Shown: one piece after another, positions 31,494 through 40,047 of the stretch
Position numbering within the stretch: the stretch's first letter is position 1
Layout: every line of letters starts with the position of its first letter
Virus record (IMG/VR): IMGVR_UViG_2541047773_000007
Length of the DNA: 46,421 bases
Source of the DNA: a virus
Lineage: Duplodnaviria; Heunggongvirae; Uroviricota; Caudoviricetes
Strand: one strand, 5' to 3'
Position numbers and translations under genes: made by a program
The notes under the pieces: generated by a model
What the model saw: the letters and a program-made list of their open reading frames with translations, nothing else
What the model was told of the DNA's origin: nothing
The model's database searches: none

Positions 31494-31793
31494 TCTACAT
31501 TCCTTAACTTGAGCCTTTCGGCATAAATGGTTTGCATAACAGAAACGACTTCGTACTTAATTGGAGAGACTCAAAGAAGGAATAAGTGAATAACACCTGA
31601 AATGAGAACTGCTTTAGTAAACTACTTCGTATATCGTCTGTTCTTCAAACCGACGCAATCATTAACGCATAGTTGAACATATGAAGCAATGTTTATTTTA
31701 GACATCCAGCCATCTTCAACCCCATCAAAAAACTATAGCTTTCTTCAGGAACGTGTGTATAGTGCGCCAAGTTATCAGTATTAAGGAATTTTT

Positions 31794-32006
31794 TTGTCCC
31801 GTAAAATGACAGGAATTGTCAAAACCTTTGACGGCAAAAGCGGCAAGGGTCTTATCACCCCATCCGATGGTCGTATCGATGTCCAGCTTCATGTTTCAGC
31901 GCTCAATCTCCGCGATGCAGAAGAAATTACCACCGGATTACGCGTGGAATTTTGCCGGATAAATGGTCTGCGTGGCCCTTCAGCTGCCAATGTTTACCTT
32001 TCATGA
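31794..32006 (+). CDS. cspF: Cold-shock-like protein (CspF/CspH type)
   Basis: 70 aa [41 protein letters not shown]...; apparent TTG start, with an in-frame ATG four codons downstream. Confidence 0.8.
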
Positions 32007-32298
32007 GCTATATTAAAGCTTTAATTTCAGGCCCCATCGGATCACACATGGAGAGTTTTTATGAATAACCCCGTCTGTCTTGATGACTGGTTGATTGGCT
32101 TTAAAAGCTTATGCTGTACTTTGGCCGTAATAGCTCTGCTAATAATATAATAAGCAGACTCATTGTGTTTAGGGACATTGTACTGGAAGAAAACATTTTA
32201 AACATCAGGCAAATAACCAAGTCACCAGCTAAATAATAAGTTAACAGACATGAGTCCCGGGATGAGATTCAACATTACCATTGCCCCATTTAAAGCAC

Positions 32299-32330
32299 AA
32301 AACCCGCTCATCAGCGGGTTTTCTACTTTT
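32299..32330 (+). terminator. Rho-independent terminator (after cspF; possibly also tR'-like for the late leader)
   Basis: Hairpin AAAACCCGCT-CATCA-GCGGGTTTT followed by TCTACTTTTTCTT on the plus strand. Confidence 0.5.
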
Positions 32331-32427
32331 TCTTAACGTCGGGTATACAAAGCCCATCATTGAAAAAATTTTATCCATATTTTTTGAAAAATGCAAACAT
32401 CATGTCGCCATCTTCAGCAAAAATCAT

Positions 32428-33180
32428 TTATCTCGTCACCTTCCTCAATTGCGCTTCCGCGTATGCTTCTTCCTGCCAGCACTTTGTTACCAGTTTACCA
32501 ATGACGTCCGCATACCCCTTATACCACTGATAATCGGTCAGGTCTGGTACCAGCTTCTGGACATGACGTCGTGCCAGCGTGGTCGGTAAACGACTAAACC
32601 GGTTTCCATTACAACGCCCACAAATCTTATATACCGGTACGCCATGAAACCGGGTTCTTTTTTCATCCAGAACAATCCCTTTACCCTTACACCCTCTGCA
32701 CGCTGTGCTGACTTCGCCCTTACCATGGCAATGCTGACATAGTTCCTTCACCCATTCTTCCTTGATTACAGATTCCCCGCGTCTGTAGTGTTTCACCACT
32801 TCGCGCAATACATTATAAAATCCCGTACCTGAACAATGCTCACAGCGAGCCTTACTTGCCGCAGACCTGGAGTAATCAGCAAAGGCAAAACTCACGAGGT
32901 AAGGAATAATCTGTAACCGGATTTCTTCACTCAATTTGTTCAATGTCGGGTTATCCAGTGCCATCGCGTAATTGAGCAGACCTTCAATCGCAAACTGAGG
33001 ATCCTGAACACCAACTTTTGCCAGGAATAAGGCAAAACCAAGCGGAGCTTTCGACTGCACCATCCCCTGCGCAGCCATCACATCTGTTATTGTTAAACCA
33101 CCCGAGCCTGTCGCCGGTGCGTCATCACTCAATTTTGGAGATTTTGGGGAGTAATATTTTGGTAAAGCTTCAAGGTTCAT
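32428..33180 (-). CDS. quuQ: Late-gene antiterminator Q (phage 82/21 type, zinc-binding)
   Basis: 250 aa with Cys clusters CEHCSGTG...CQHCHGKG...CRGCKGKG...CGRCNG; located immediately upstream of the lysis/late region. Confidence 0.8.
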   Translation of the reverse strand: MNLEALPKYYSPKSPKLSDDAPATGSGGLTITDVMAAQGMVQSKAPLGFALFLAKVGVQDPQFAIEGLLNYAMALDNPTLNKLSEEIRLQIIPYLVSFAFADYSRSAASKARCEHCSGTGFYNVLREVVKHYRRGESVIKEEWVKELCQHCHGKGEVSTACRGCKGKGIVLDEKRTRFHGVPVYKICGRCNGNRFSRLPTTLARRHVQKLVPDLTDYQWYKGYADVIGKLVTKCWQEEAYAEAQLRKVTR

Positions 33181-33193
33181 GCTCGTTCTCCAC

Positions 33194-34243
33194 TTACGCC
33201 AGTACGCCTATTGCCAGCGCACGATCGATAAAACGAAATATCAGCTCCAGCTGGGAGCCATACTTCTCTTCAAATGCCACGGTATTCGCATGCAGCTCGT
33301 CGTGATGCTTTCTGCACAAAGGCAACACAAAGAGATCATGTGCTTTGGTTCCCATTCCACCCTGCCCGTGACCAATCAGATGATGCGGATCGTCGGCTGG
33401 CATACCGCAGCAAGCACACGGCTGTGTCTTAACCCAGCGTGTGTATTTCTCCTTAACCCAACGGTGACGTTTAGGCAGCTTCATGAAAGATTCCGGAGAC
33501 TCTGGATCAACGGTGATGCTTACCACCGTCTTTTCCTGTGATGGGTTTTGTTGCTGGTGGGCGTGAGGCAACGGTGCAAGATTTTTTGTGCGCTGTTTCA
33601 ATATGCTGGTGGCGGTCTGCTCTCCCGGTACGATGTCGCTTTCGCGGTACACCGAGCAGTTTTTTTCCGCTGGTAATCCCAGCGAGCGACGTAATACCGC
33701 TTCCGGTAGCGCGTCCGCCACCTGATTGCGGACCGCCCACCAGGATAATTCAGCCAGAGATAATTCACGCTCCTGCGTACCGCTTATTGCGTGACCGATG
33801 ACGTCAATCATCCATGCTGACAGGTTTTGATGAGCAAGTTGCTCGAGTGATTCGGATGTCTGGTCACGCAGCTGGTTGTCGCAGTGCCAGCACAACACCA
33901 TTGCGCCGGTACCATAACGGTGAATAACGGTTTCGCTGTGATGATAATCGCCGTGTGGCCACTGGCAGGATTTAATATTGCGCAACAGCCAGTCAGACAA
34001 TGCACCAGCACCACCAGCAGCACGAATTACCCGTGCGTTACTGAAAAACGGCAGCAATGTTTTGTCTTCCACCAGCGGCTGGCGAACGGTAGGAACGACC
34101 CCGGACGGCAGATTACGCATGCTTTTCGGTTCCGGCTCCACTAGTACCCGGGTATTGTGGAATACCGGCATGGATTCACGGCCCGGCTTAACGACCACCA
34201 GCCCGAGTTCCGGTACCAGAACAGGTCGAAGTAATACCCGCAC
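33194..34243 (-). CDS. ydfU: DUF968/HNH-like prophage protein (YdfU-like)
   Basis: 349 aa; C-terminal CACCGMPADDPHHLIGHGQGGMGTKAHDLFVLPLCRKHH resembles an HNH-like zinc motif; Qin position. Confidence 0.6.
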   Translation of the reverse strand: MRVLLRPVLVPELGLVVVKPGRESMPVFHNTRVLVEPEPKSMRNLPSGVVPTVRQPLVEDKTLLPFFSNARVIRAAGGAGALSDWLLRNIKSCQWPHGDYHHSETVIHRYGTGAMVLCWHCDNQLRDQTSESLEQLAHQNLSAWMIDVIGHAISGTQERELSLAELSWWAVRNQVADALPEAVLRRSLGLPAEKNCSVYRESDIVPGEQTATSILKQRTKNLAPLPHAHQQQNPSQEKTVVSITVDPESPESFMKLPKRHRWVKEKYTRWVKTQPCACCGMPADDPHHLIGHGQGGMGTKAHDLFVLPLCRKHHDELHANTVAFEEKYGSQLELIFRFIDRALAIGVLA

Positions 34244-34244
34244 G

Positions 34245-34523
34245 TTACCTCCAGATGCGTTGCTGGAATGTACGGGACGGACGCGGTGGGCGTTCGGAGT
34301 AAGGCAATCTGACTGAGATTATCCAGTGACGGTAGTCGAGACTAAGGGCTTTCTTAACCTCGTATCCGCGCCTGCGGTAACACTGAATTATCCATTCAGC
34401 CTGCTCTTCAGTGCATGGAGGGTGTTGGAACCATTCAGACTTGAATGCGTAAGAATACCGCTCGTGCGTGCAGACAAGAACGGGCGAATTATCAGAATTG
34501 TAATATTTTACGTTGCGTGCCAT
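34245..34523 (-). CDS. rem: Small prophage protein (Rem-like position)
   Basis: 92-aa ORF coupled downstream of ydfU; identity as Rem is positional only. Confidence 0.4.
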   Translation of the reverse strand: MARNVKYYNSDNSPVLVCTHERYSYAFKSEWFQHPPCTEEQAEWIIQCYRRRGYEVKKALSLDYRHWIISVRLPYSERPPRPSRTFQQRIWR

Positions 34524-34589
34524 CGGTTTTCTCCGGTGGCACGGTGTTACTCAGCGGGAGTTCAGCCCCGCGCAAGATTGTAGATGAGT

Positions 34590-34841
34590 TTATTCTTCTG
34601 CAAAAGCTGAAAAGCCTGCTTTTATTCCGATCTCTTTCAGTGCCTGTAATGAAGTGACAAACTCACCTTCGCGCAAGATAAATCCGTCTGTCACTCGACC
34701 ATCCACAAAATTAATTAACGCAGCCCCATTCTTTCGCAAACACATAATGCGGTAATGACTAACAAGATTTCCATTTTCAACGCACACAGCATAGAGGCCA
34801 TCTTCACAAAAAATTTTACGCAGTTCTTCGATGTTCATCAT
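34590..34841 (-). CDS. Hypothetical protein
   Basis: 83-aa ORF between rem-like gene and hokD; no recognised motif. Confidence 0.4.
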   Translation of the reverse strand: MMNIEELRKIFCEDGLYAVCVENGNLVSHYRIMCLRKNGAALINFVDGRVTDGFILREGEFVTSLQALKEIGIKAGFSAFAEE

Positions 34842-34957
34842 CAGAATCCTTCCGGATAATTAGCTCTCCCCTTTAAGGGACCATCCCTCTTATCCCTGCG
34901 CGCTACTTAAGTATTTTTGATTCTATTCCGGCACCGTCCAGAACTTCAAACGCGTTG

Positions 34958-34990
34958 AAAATAAAAACAAAAACCCGCCGAAGCGGGTTA
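34958..34990 (-). terminator. Rho-independent terminator downstream of hokD
   Basis: Hairpin AACCCGC-CGAA-GCGGGTT followed on the minus strand by TTTTTGTTTTTATTTT. Confidence 0.5.
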
Positions 34991-35057
34991 AGTGCGGGTG
35001 CGTTGAGGATGCCTGCCACATCAGAGGTGGCGAGGGATTTCTCCCTCGCCGGGTCTC

Positions 35058-35213
35058 TTACTCCTCAGGTTCGTAAGCTGTGAAGACAGCGACCTCCGTC
35101 TGGCCGGTTCGGATTCGTACCTCGCAGAGGTCTTTCCTCGTTACCAGTGCCGTCACTATGACGGTTAAACAGATGACGATCAGGGCGATTAACATCGCCT
35201 TTTGCTGCTTCAT
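35058..35213 (-). CDS. hokD: Hok-family membrane toxin (HokD/RelF)
   Basis: 51 aa MKQQKAMLIALIVICLTVIVTALVTRKDLCEVRIRTGQTEVAVFTAYEPEE; the track ORF is this plus an in-frame upstream extension. Confidence 0.9.
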   Translation of the reverse strand: MKQQKAMLIALIVICLTVIVTALVTRKDLCEVRIRTGQTEVAVFTAYEPEE

Positions 35214-35716
35214 AGCCTGCTTCTCCTTGCCTTCCGGCACGTAAGAGGCTAACCTACATGTGTCTAGCATGAAATTGGCCTCAGATTAATGTTAAGCGTC
35301 TTGCAGGACGCGTAATGTTAACTGGGGCTTTTCTCTATCTGCCTTTGGTGTTCATGCCCGAGGCAGATAGCCTCAAGCACCCGCAGCCATTCTACTTAAC
35401 TACCTTTACCTCGCCAATATGAAATCAGTCAGAAAGGCGATCCATAAGAACAATAGCAAGACAATAAATTGCCATTACAGCCGCAATAGCCAGCGCACAC
35501 TTGAGAACCAGCACGACAACCTCCTGTATTGGACGTACACCAGTCCTGATAAATATGAGGCGGCCTCTTAAGTGATTCAATACAACTATTAGGTATAATT
35601 AGTCAGATTTTTTCTGTGGAAATGGGACATTACAACCTATCGCCACCAACAATTGAGACGCTAATCGCCCCATCTCGTAACCTTATCCAAAACGAGGCCT
35701 AAATCATGGCAATTGA

Positions 35717-35938
35717 CTAACGTTTCTGAGTAGATAATGCCCTGAAGTAAGCGTTGCTAATCGATTGATAAATCTCAATATCTTCAGAACCTGCAAGTTC
35801 GACATACTCACTCTCACATGTAGACGGTTGAGCAGTGTGTTGGACACTTCTCGTGTTCGAGTGGATTGTTCCTATACTAACTTCTGTTAATATAGGTAGT
35901 TCCAACTGGTTTCTGTCGTTTTTTTTCATATAAATCAC
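35717..35938 (-). CDS. Small hypothetical protein translationally coupled to deaminase gene
   Basis: 73-aa ORF (GTG start, or ATG three codons in) overlapping the deaminase stop; no recognised motif. Confidence 0.4.
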   Translation of the reverse strand: MIYMKKNDRNQLELPILTEVSIGTIHSNTRSVQHTAQPSTCESEYVELAGSEDIEIYQSISNAYFRALSTQKR

Positions 35939-37035
35939 TCAAGCCTCAACAAGTTAAGTTTATTACTATCAACTTCAGCAATAACTACCTGTTCTAATTT
36001 AGGAATCGCTTTGAGACTAACGCTATCCACAGGCATAGCCGCACCCTCTGTCGCTAACTCTAGCACCCCAGCTTTAGATTTTCGAGATCCAGATTCAAAA
36101 AGCTCAAGAAACCTAGTTGGAGCTACTCCATCAAATTGTATCAATTTCACTTTTTCATCAGTCTCGATTACTGATTCGGTCATCGCATCCGAATGAAGTT
36201 TAAGAGCTAAGCTTTTTCTATACGGCTCAATAAAATATACTTCAGAGATACCAGAAGCGATAATATGCCTTGCGCAGGAATGACATGGATAGGTTGTTAC
36301 AAATATTTTTCCGCCTAAAATTCTTTCTCCTGCCACACGAGATGCGCCAAGAATCGCGTGCATTTCTGCATGAACCGCTCTTGAAAACTCTATTAAATCT
36401 TTTAATCGTGAGTTTTTTATAATAGTTTGAATCGCCGCTTCTCTTTTTTTTACAGGGATTATTTTTTCCTGTACAAGGCTATCAATGACAACTTCAGCCA
36501 ATATTCTCTTTTCCGCATCATTCGAGCAATTTCTATTTTGTAATGTATAACAACGATGATCAGGATCAATAACTTTTAAGCGGATAGATTGTTTACCATA
36601 GAGACCACCACCATTACGAGGCACATCATTCCAACCGGTAGAAAGAAGTTCTCCAGATGAAGATGTTACTGCAGCACCAACTTGTCTTGATAGACATGCA
36701 GAATTACGAGCCGCTGAGGTGGCTGCATACATTGCATTTTCCTCTTCAGTCGGTGATATAACTGAACTCCTAAAAATTAGCTTAAAGAAACGTTCCAGTT
36801 TAGATAGAATTTGGCCTTTAGCATCGGCATTTCCTGGCTCTGCCAACCCACTGTCAACCCGCAAAAAGTAATCACACTTCGGGAAAGTGTCTCTAACTGA
36901 TTGCCCATGATCGAACTCTTCACCAGAATCAGTATTGATTAGTTCAGCAATATCTTCAACGCTTAGTCTATTAATTTTTGAAAGATTTTCACGCCTTGCC
37001 TCTAAAGGGGAAAATACACCTATAGAGAAAATCAT
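35935..37035 (-). CDS. Cytidine/dCMP-deaminase-family protein (CDA-fold zinc deaminase); candidate nucleotide-depleting defence/toxin effector
   Basis: HAEMHAI then 25 aa then PCHSCARHI is the canonical H-A-E / P-C-x-x-C zinc-binding signature; first ATG at 37035; track ORF (TTG start at 37206) has a low-complexity N-terminal extension overlapping the upstream ORF. Confidence 0.8.
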   Translation of the reverse strand: MIFSIGVFSPLEARRENLSKINRLSVEDIAELINTDSGEEFDHGQSVRDTFPKCDYFLRVDSGLAEPGNADAKGQILSKLERFFKLIFRSSVISPTEEENAMYAATSAARNSACLSRQVGAAVTSSSGELLSTGWNDVPRNGGGLYGKQSIRLKVIDPDHRCYTLQNRNCSNDAEKRILAEVVIDSLVQEKIIPVKKREAAIQTIIKNSRLKDLIEFSRAVHAEMHAILGASRVAGERILGGKIFVTTYPCHSCARHIIASGISEVYFIEPYRKSLALKLHSDAMTESVIETDEKVKLIQFDGVAPTRFLELFESGSRKSKAGVLELATEGAAMPVDSVSLKAIPKLEQVVIAEVDSNKLNLLRLE

Positions 37036-37573
37036 TTTTCCATAGATTGATTTCAACAATCTCAAGCTCAGAAGAGTTTTTAACTGAGTCAATAATATGA
37101 CAAATTTTTTGATTTTTAATCTTACTCGCTTCCCCTTTGCTGGATTCATTAACAATATCATCAAATTCACCAAAGTTTTTTTTACGCTCGGCGCTAATTT
37201 TAGCAATAGCTAATTTTGCAAGAATATCACTACCATAAATTTCACGAAGTTTATCACCCACAGTTATAAGTGACTTGAATTTCTTTAGATTAGTGCTTTC
37301 ATCAATATTAATTGATGTATATTTTGAATTAATCCGGATTAGATCACTCAAGCGTATGTCGTATGTTTTATAGCCATATTTTTTAAGCGAGAATGATATC
37401 TGCTCAGCAGTCTCATGTAGCGGTGAACCAATTGGCCCACAAAGTGCGATTATAATCTCTGGAGTAACACTGTCTTTTATTTCTTGAGTTGCATTAATTG
37501 TTGACAGCTCGGCAACATCATCATTCCCAACAAGTTGAAACTCTTGACTTTTATCTAAGGCTGTGCCTTGCAT
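36989..37573 (-). CDS. N-terminal NTPase/kinase-like ORF overlapping the deaminase ORF (separate protein or frameshifted N-terminal domain)
   Basis: 194-aa ORF with degenerate P-loop-like IIIALCGPIGSPLHE; 3' end overlaps the deaminase frame. Confidence 0.55.
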   Translation of the reverse strand: MQGTALDKSQEFQLVGNDDVAELSTINATQEIKDSVTPEIIIALCGPIGSPLHETAEQISFSLKKYGYKTYDIRLSDLIRINSKYTSINIDESTNLKKFKSLITVGDKLREIYGSDILAKLAIAKISAERKKNFGEFDDIVNESSKGEASKIKNQKICHIIDSVKNSSELEIVEINLWKNDFLYRCIFPFRGKA

Positions 37574-37864
37574 GCCCTTATCCTAATTAATAGTATTTTT
37601 CCCTCTTTATAGCTAATTAAGATAAATGTTGCAAAGTAATATTGCACATGAAACTTGAGTTAGTAATCCTTTTGACTAGATGGTTTGACCTGCGCCCTAT
37701 AGATAAACACACTACGCTGTTAGCAACGTTCGCTTCTGGCACAAAGCAGGCACCACACTAGTTCTTCCCTGTACCATAAAAATGTCAATTCACATATGAA
37801 CAAATGCTATTTAATCTAAAAATGTCTATAAATACCGTGTAATTCACTGATAAAATGCCAATAT

Positions 37865-38242
37865 TCACTGAATAACTTCACTCCTCCGGTACTCGCGACA
37901 GATTATGTTTAGGTGACTGTCGTAGCGACGTATTTCTCCGTCAGGTAATGACCAGATAAGGTCCGGATCAACCACAGCGGGTTTCTTCACCTTCGCCCTA
38001 GAGAGTTTTTTGCGGGCATTTTGCCAGTCCTTTCGTGCCTGTTGAGACGGGAATAACGCGTAGCCGGAGTTGTATACATAACAACTGGCAACCAGCTCTC
38101 TGGCAAGAATGCTCATCAGATATCTTGTCGCACCTGTCTTGGCTTCCAGTTGCCGTAACGTCTCACGACCGCTCTGGCGCACGAGTTCCACCACCTGCCC
38201 TTTAATTTTTTCCCGCTCTTCTTGTGTAAAAACTTTTGCCAC
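37865..38242 (-). CDS. Hypothetical protein downstream of replication gene
   Basis: 125-aa basic ORF; function unknown. Confidence 0.4.
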   Translation of the reverse strand: MAKVFTQEEREKIKGQVVELVRQSGRETLRQLEAKTGATRYLMSILARELVASCYVYNSGYALFPSQQARKDWQNARKKLSRAKVKKPAVVDPDLIWSLPDGEIRRYDSHLNIICREYRRSEVIQ

Positions 38243-38282
38243 AAGTCCCCCTTAAAATTACCTCATGACCTGAAATCAACAC

Positions 38283-39248
38283 TTATCCCCTGAAACCAGG
38301 CGGAATTTCGGTATCCGGTTCAGAAATATGATTCACACAACGCTTTATTGGCGAACGCCCCAGGCGAATAACCAGCTCATCCCATTTTTCGCGAAGCTTT
38401 GACGGACTCATGATGTTTTTGACCCAGAATGGATCTCGCTGTACCCGACCAAACATTTCGCAAATTTGTCTGTGGCTTCTGCCATCCAGCATCCGCATTG
38501 TGCGCACGTCATTGGCCCAGGCAGTCCAGTTAGGCTCTTTTGGTCGCATGATCTCGCCATCATCACTGGCGGCCTGTTCGTAGAGACCCACGATCCGCCC
38601 CCAGATCCACTGCGCACACGCCAAATCCTCCTGGCTACCCCACTGCCGTTTTTTCGCACTAAACACAACTGCGTCAGGGTGCCGGATTAAAAAATCCTGT
38701 TCAGCCGTCTGCTGGTCCGGTTGCAAAGCTTCCGGACGAAAAGTGTTTTTATTCTCTGTAGTAATCTCTGTTGTATTCTCTGTAGGATCATCGGGCCATT
38801 TTGACCCGATGACATTGGGTCGTTTTGAACCAATGGAGCGTTTCATTTTGACCTCTTCCATCATGTCATTTTGACCTGATGGAGCGACGCATTTTGAACT
38901 GATGGATTCGCTCAATTTGCCACCATCTAAAAGATCGCTCCCGTAGTTGATCGTGTAGAAATTGGTCATGTCGCGCTTTGATTTATTGAGCTTTTCGCAA
39001 CGCAAAAGCCCCAGCGTTTTCAGACTTGCAAACGCGCGCTTTAACGTTGACTCTGACCAGAATGGGAACTGCGCCAGCCATTGTTCCGTTGTGTTGTAAA
39101 TCCAGCGAACACCATCGCATTCCATGCCGGAATTGGTATCTCTCAACCAGTAATGCAGTTGCTGCAACACAATGGCTTCGTTTAAGCCAATCTTCATCGC
39201 AAGCTGTGTGTTTATAACCAGTGGGCGTTCAGCAAAAAGAAGGCTCAT
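38283..39248 (-). CDS. Phage replication initiation / replisome-organiser protein (O-like)
   Basis: N-terminal winged-helix-like LNEAIVLQQLHYWL...GVRWIYNTTEQWLAQFPFWSESTLKRAFASLKTLGLLR; position downstream of the cro-like gene; start ambiguous. Confidence 0.6.
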   Translation of the reverse strand: MSLLFAERPLVINTQLAMKIGLNEAIVLQQLHYWLRDTNSGMECDGVRWIYNTTEQWLAQFPFWSESTLKRAFASLKTLGLLRCEKLNKSKRDMTNFYTINYGSDLLDGGKLSESISSKCVAPSGQNDMMEEVKMKRSIGSKRPNVIGSKWPDDPTENTTEITTENKNTFRPEALQPDQQTAEQDFLIRHPDAVVFSAKKRQWGSQEDLACAQWIWGRIVGLYEQAASDDGEIMRPKEPNWTAWANDVRTMRMLDGRSHRQICEMFGRVQRDPFWVKNIMSPSKLREKWDELVIRLGRSPIKRCVNHISEPDTEIPPGFRG

Positions 39249-39750
39249 AATTCCATCCAGCTTTTTGTTGGTATTGCTGTCGATACGCAAGCTTGAAAGC
39301 AATTGCTTTTTCTATAAGTTCGTCAGTTTCACGATCTACAACGGCAGGATCTGCAAAAAGCAGTCCGGACTCCACCACATCGCCATATTCTTTATTTAAC
39401 CCAGCGATCATGTACGTAATACTCTTTCCGTCACTAATTTCACGATACAACCTGAAATCACTAATCCGGATAGCCTCCATAATTGCAGGCACTAGCGCTG
39501 TGAACTTTTCACGCTTATCCCTGGTGTCGATAGCCTTCCAGCGTTCGAATATCTTCACTCGATTAACGCTAAGCGCTCGCTGATCAACCGCGCCACCTTC
39601 ATATGTGACACGCTGAACATCGATGTTCGGGCGCTCTTTCAAAGCCCAGAATGCTTCAGTGATTAATATCGTCGCCTGCTCCTGTGTCATTCCTGGTCGA
39701 CATATCCAGGCATCCAGAGCCTCACGAGCCTGTTCAGGAGTGATTTTCAT
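39229..39750 (-). CDS. Hypothetical protein in cII/YdaT-like position
   Basis: 173-aa ORF directly downstream of dicC, overlapping the replication gene start. Confidence 0.4.
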   Translation of the reverse strand: MKITPEQAREALDAWICRPGMTQEQATILITEAFWALKERPNIDVQRVTYEGGAVDQRALSVNRVKIFERWKAIDTRDKREKFTALVPAIMEAIRISDFRLYREISDGKSITYMIAGLNKEYGDVVESGLLFADPAVVDRETDELIEKAIAFKLAYRQQYQQKAGWNYEPSFC

Positions 39751-39964
39751 TGTTCAACCCCCCCGCCCGCTTCGTCTTACGATATTCGTCATAAACTTTG
39801 GGATCATACTGAAGCTCCCCGCCAGATGCCTCCTGTAGACGCATCGCGCGACCTTCGGGAACTAAATCCCCTTTCCAGCTATAAAGCGAAGCCAAACGAA
39901 TACCTGCTGCTTGTGCAAGTTTTGTTTTTGAACCGAAATACAAAAGAGCGTCAGTTTTAAGCAT
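39734..39964 (-). CDS. dicC: Cro-like repressor DicC
   Basis: 76 aa MLKTDALLYFGSKTKLAQAAGIRLASLYSWKGDLVPEGRAMRLQEASGG..., divergent from dicA. Confidence 0.8.
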   Translation of the reverse strand: MLKTDALLYFGSKTKLAQAAGIRLASLYSWKGDLVPEGRAMRLQEASGGELQYDPKVYDEYRKTKRAGGLNNENHS

Positions 39965-39979
39965 TTAAAACACCTTGCT

Positions 39980-39997
39980 TGTTAGTCATGACTAACA
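39980..39997. promoter_or_regulatory. Perfect 18-bp palindrome TGTTAGTCATGACTAACA in dicC-dicA intergenic region (putative operator)
   Basis: Read directly in the divergent promoter region between dicC and dicA. Confidence 0.55.
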
Positions 39998-40047
39998 AAA
40001 TAGATGTTAACAAAAACATAGTCAATACGATTTAGCATTAGCTAACT

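Noticed and set aside
35214-35270. Upstream in-frame extension of hokD (track ORF 70 aa) as a Mok reading frame
   Set aside because: The extension is in the same frame as hok and is simply open sequence before the ATG; I could not place a separate overlapping mok frame, so only the 51-codon hok is annotated.
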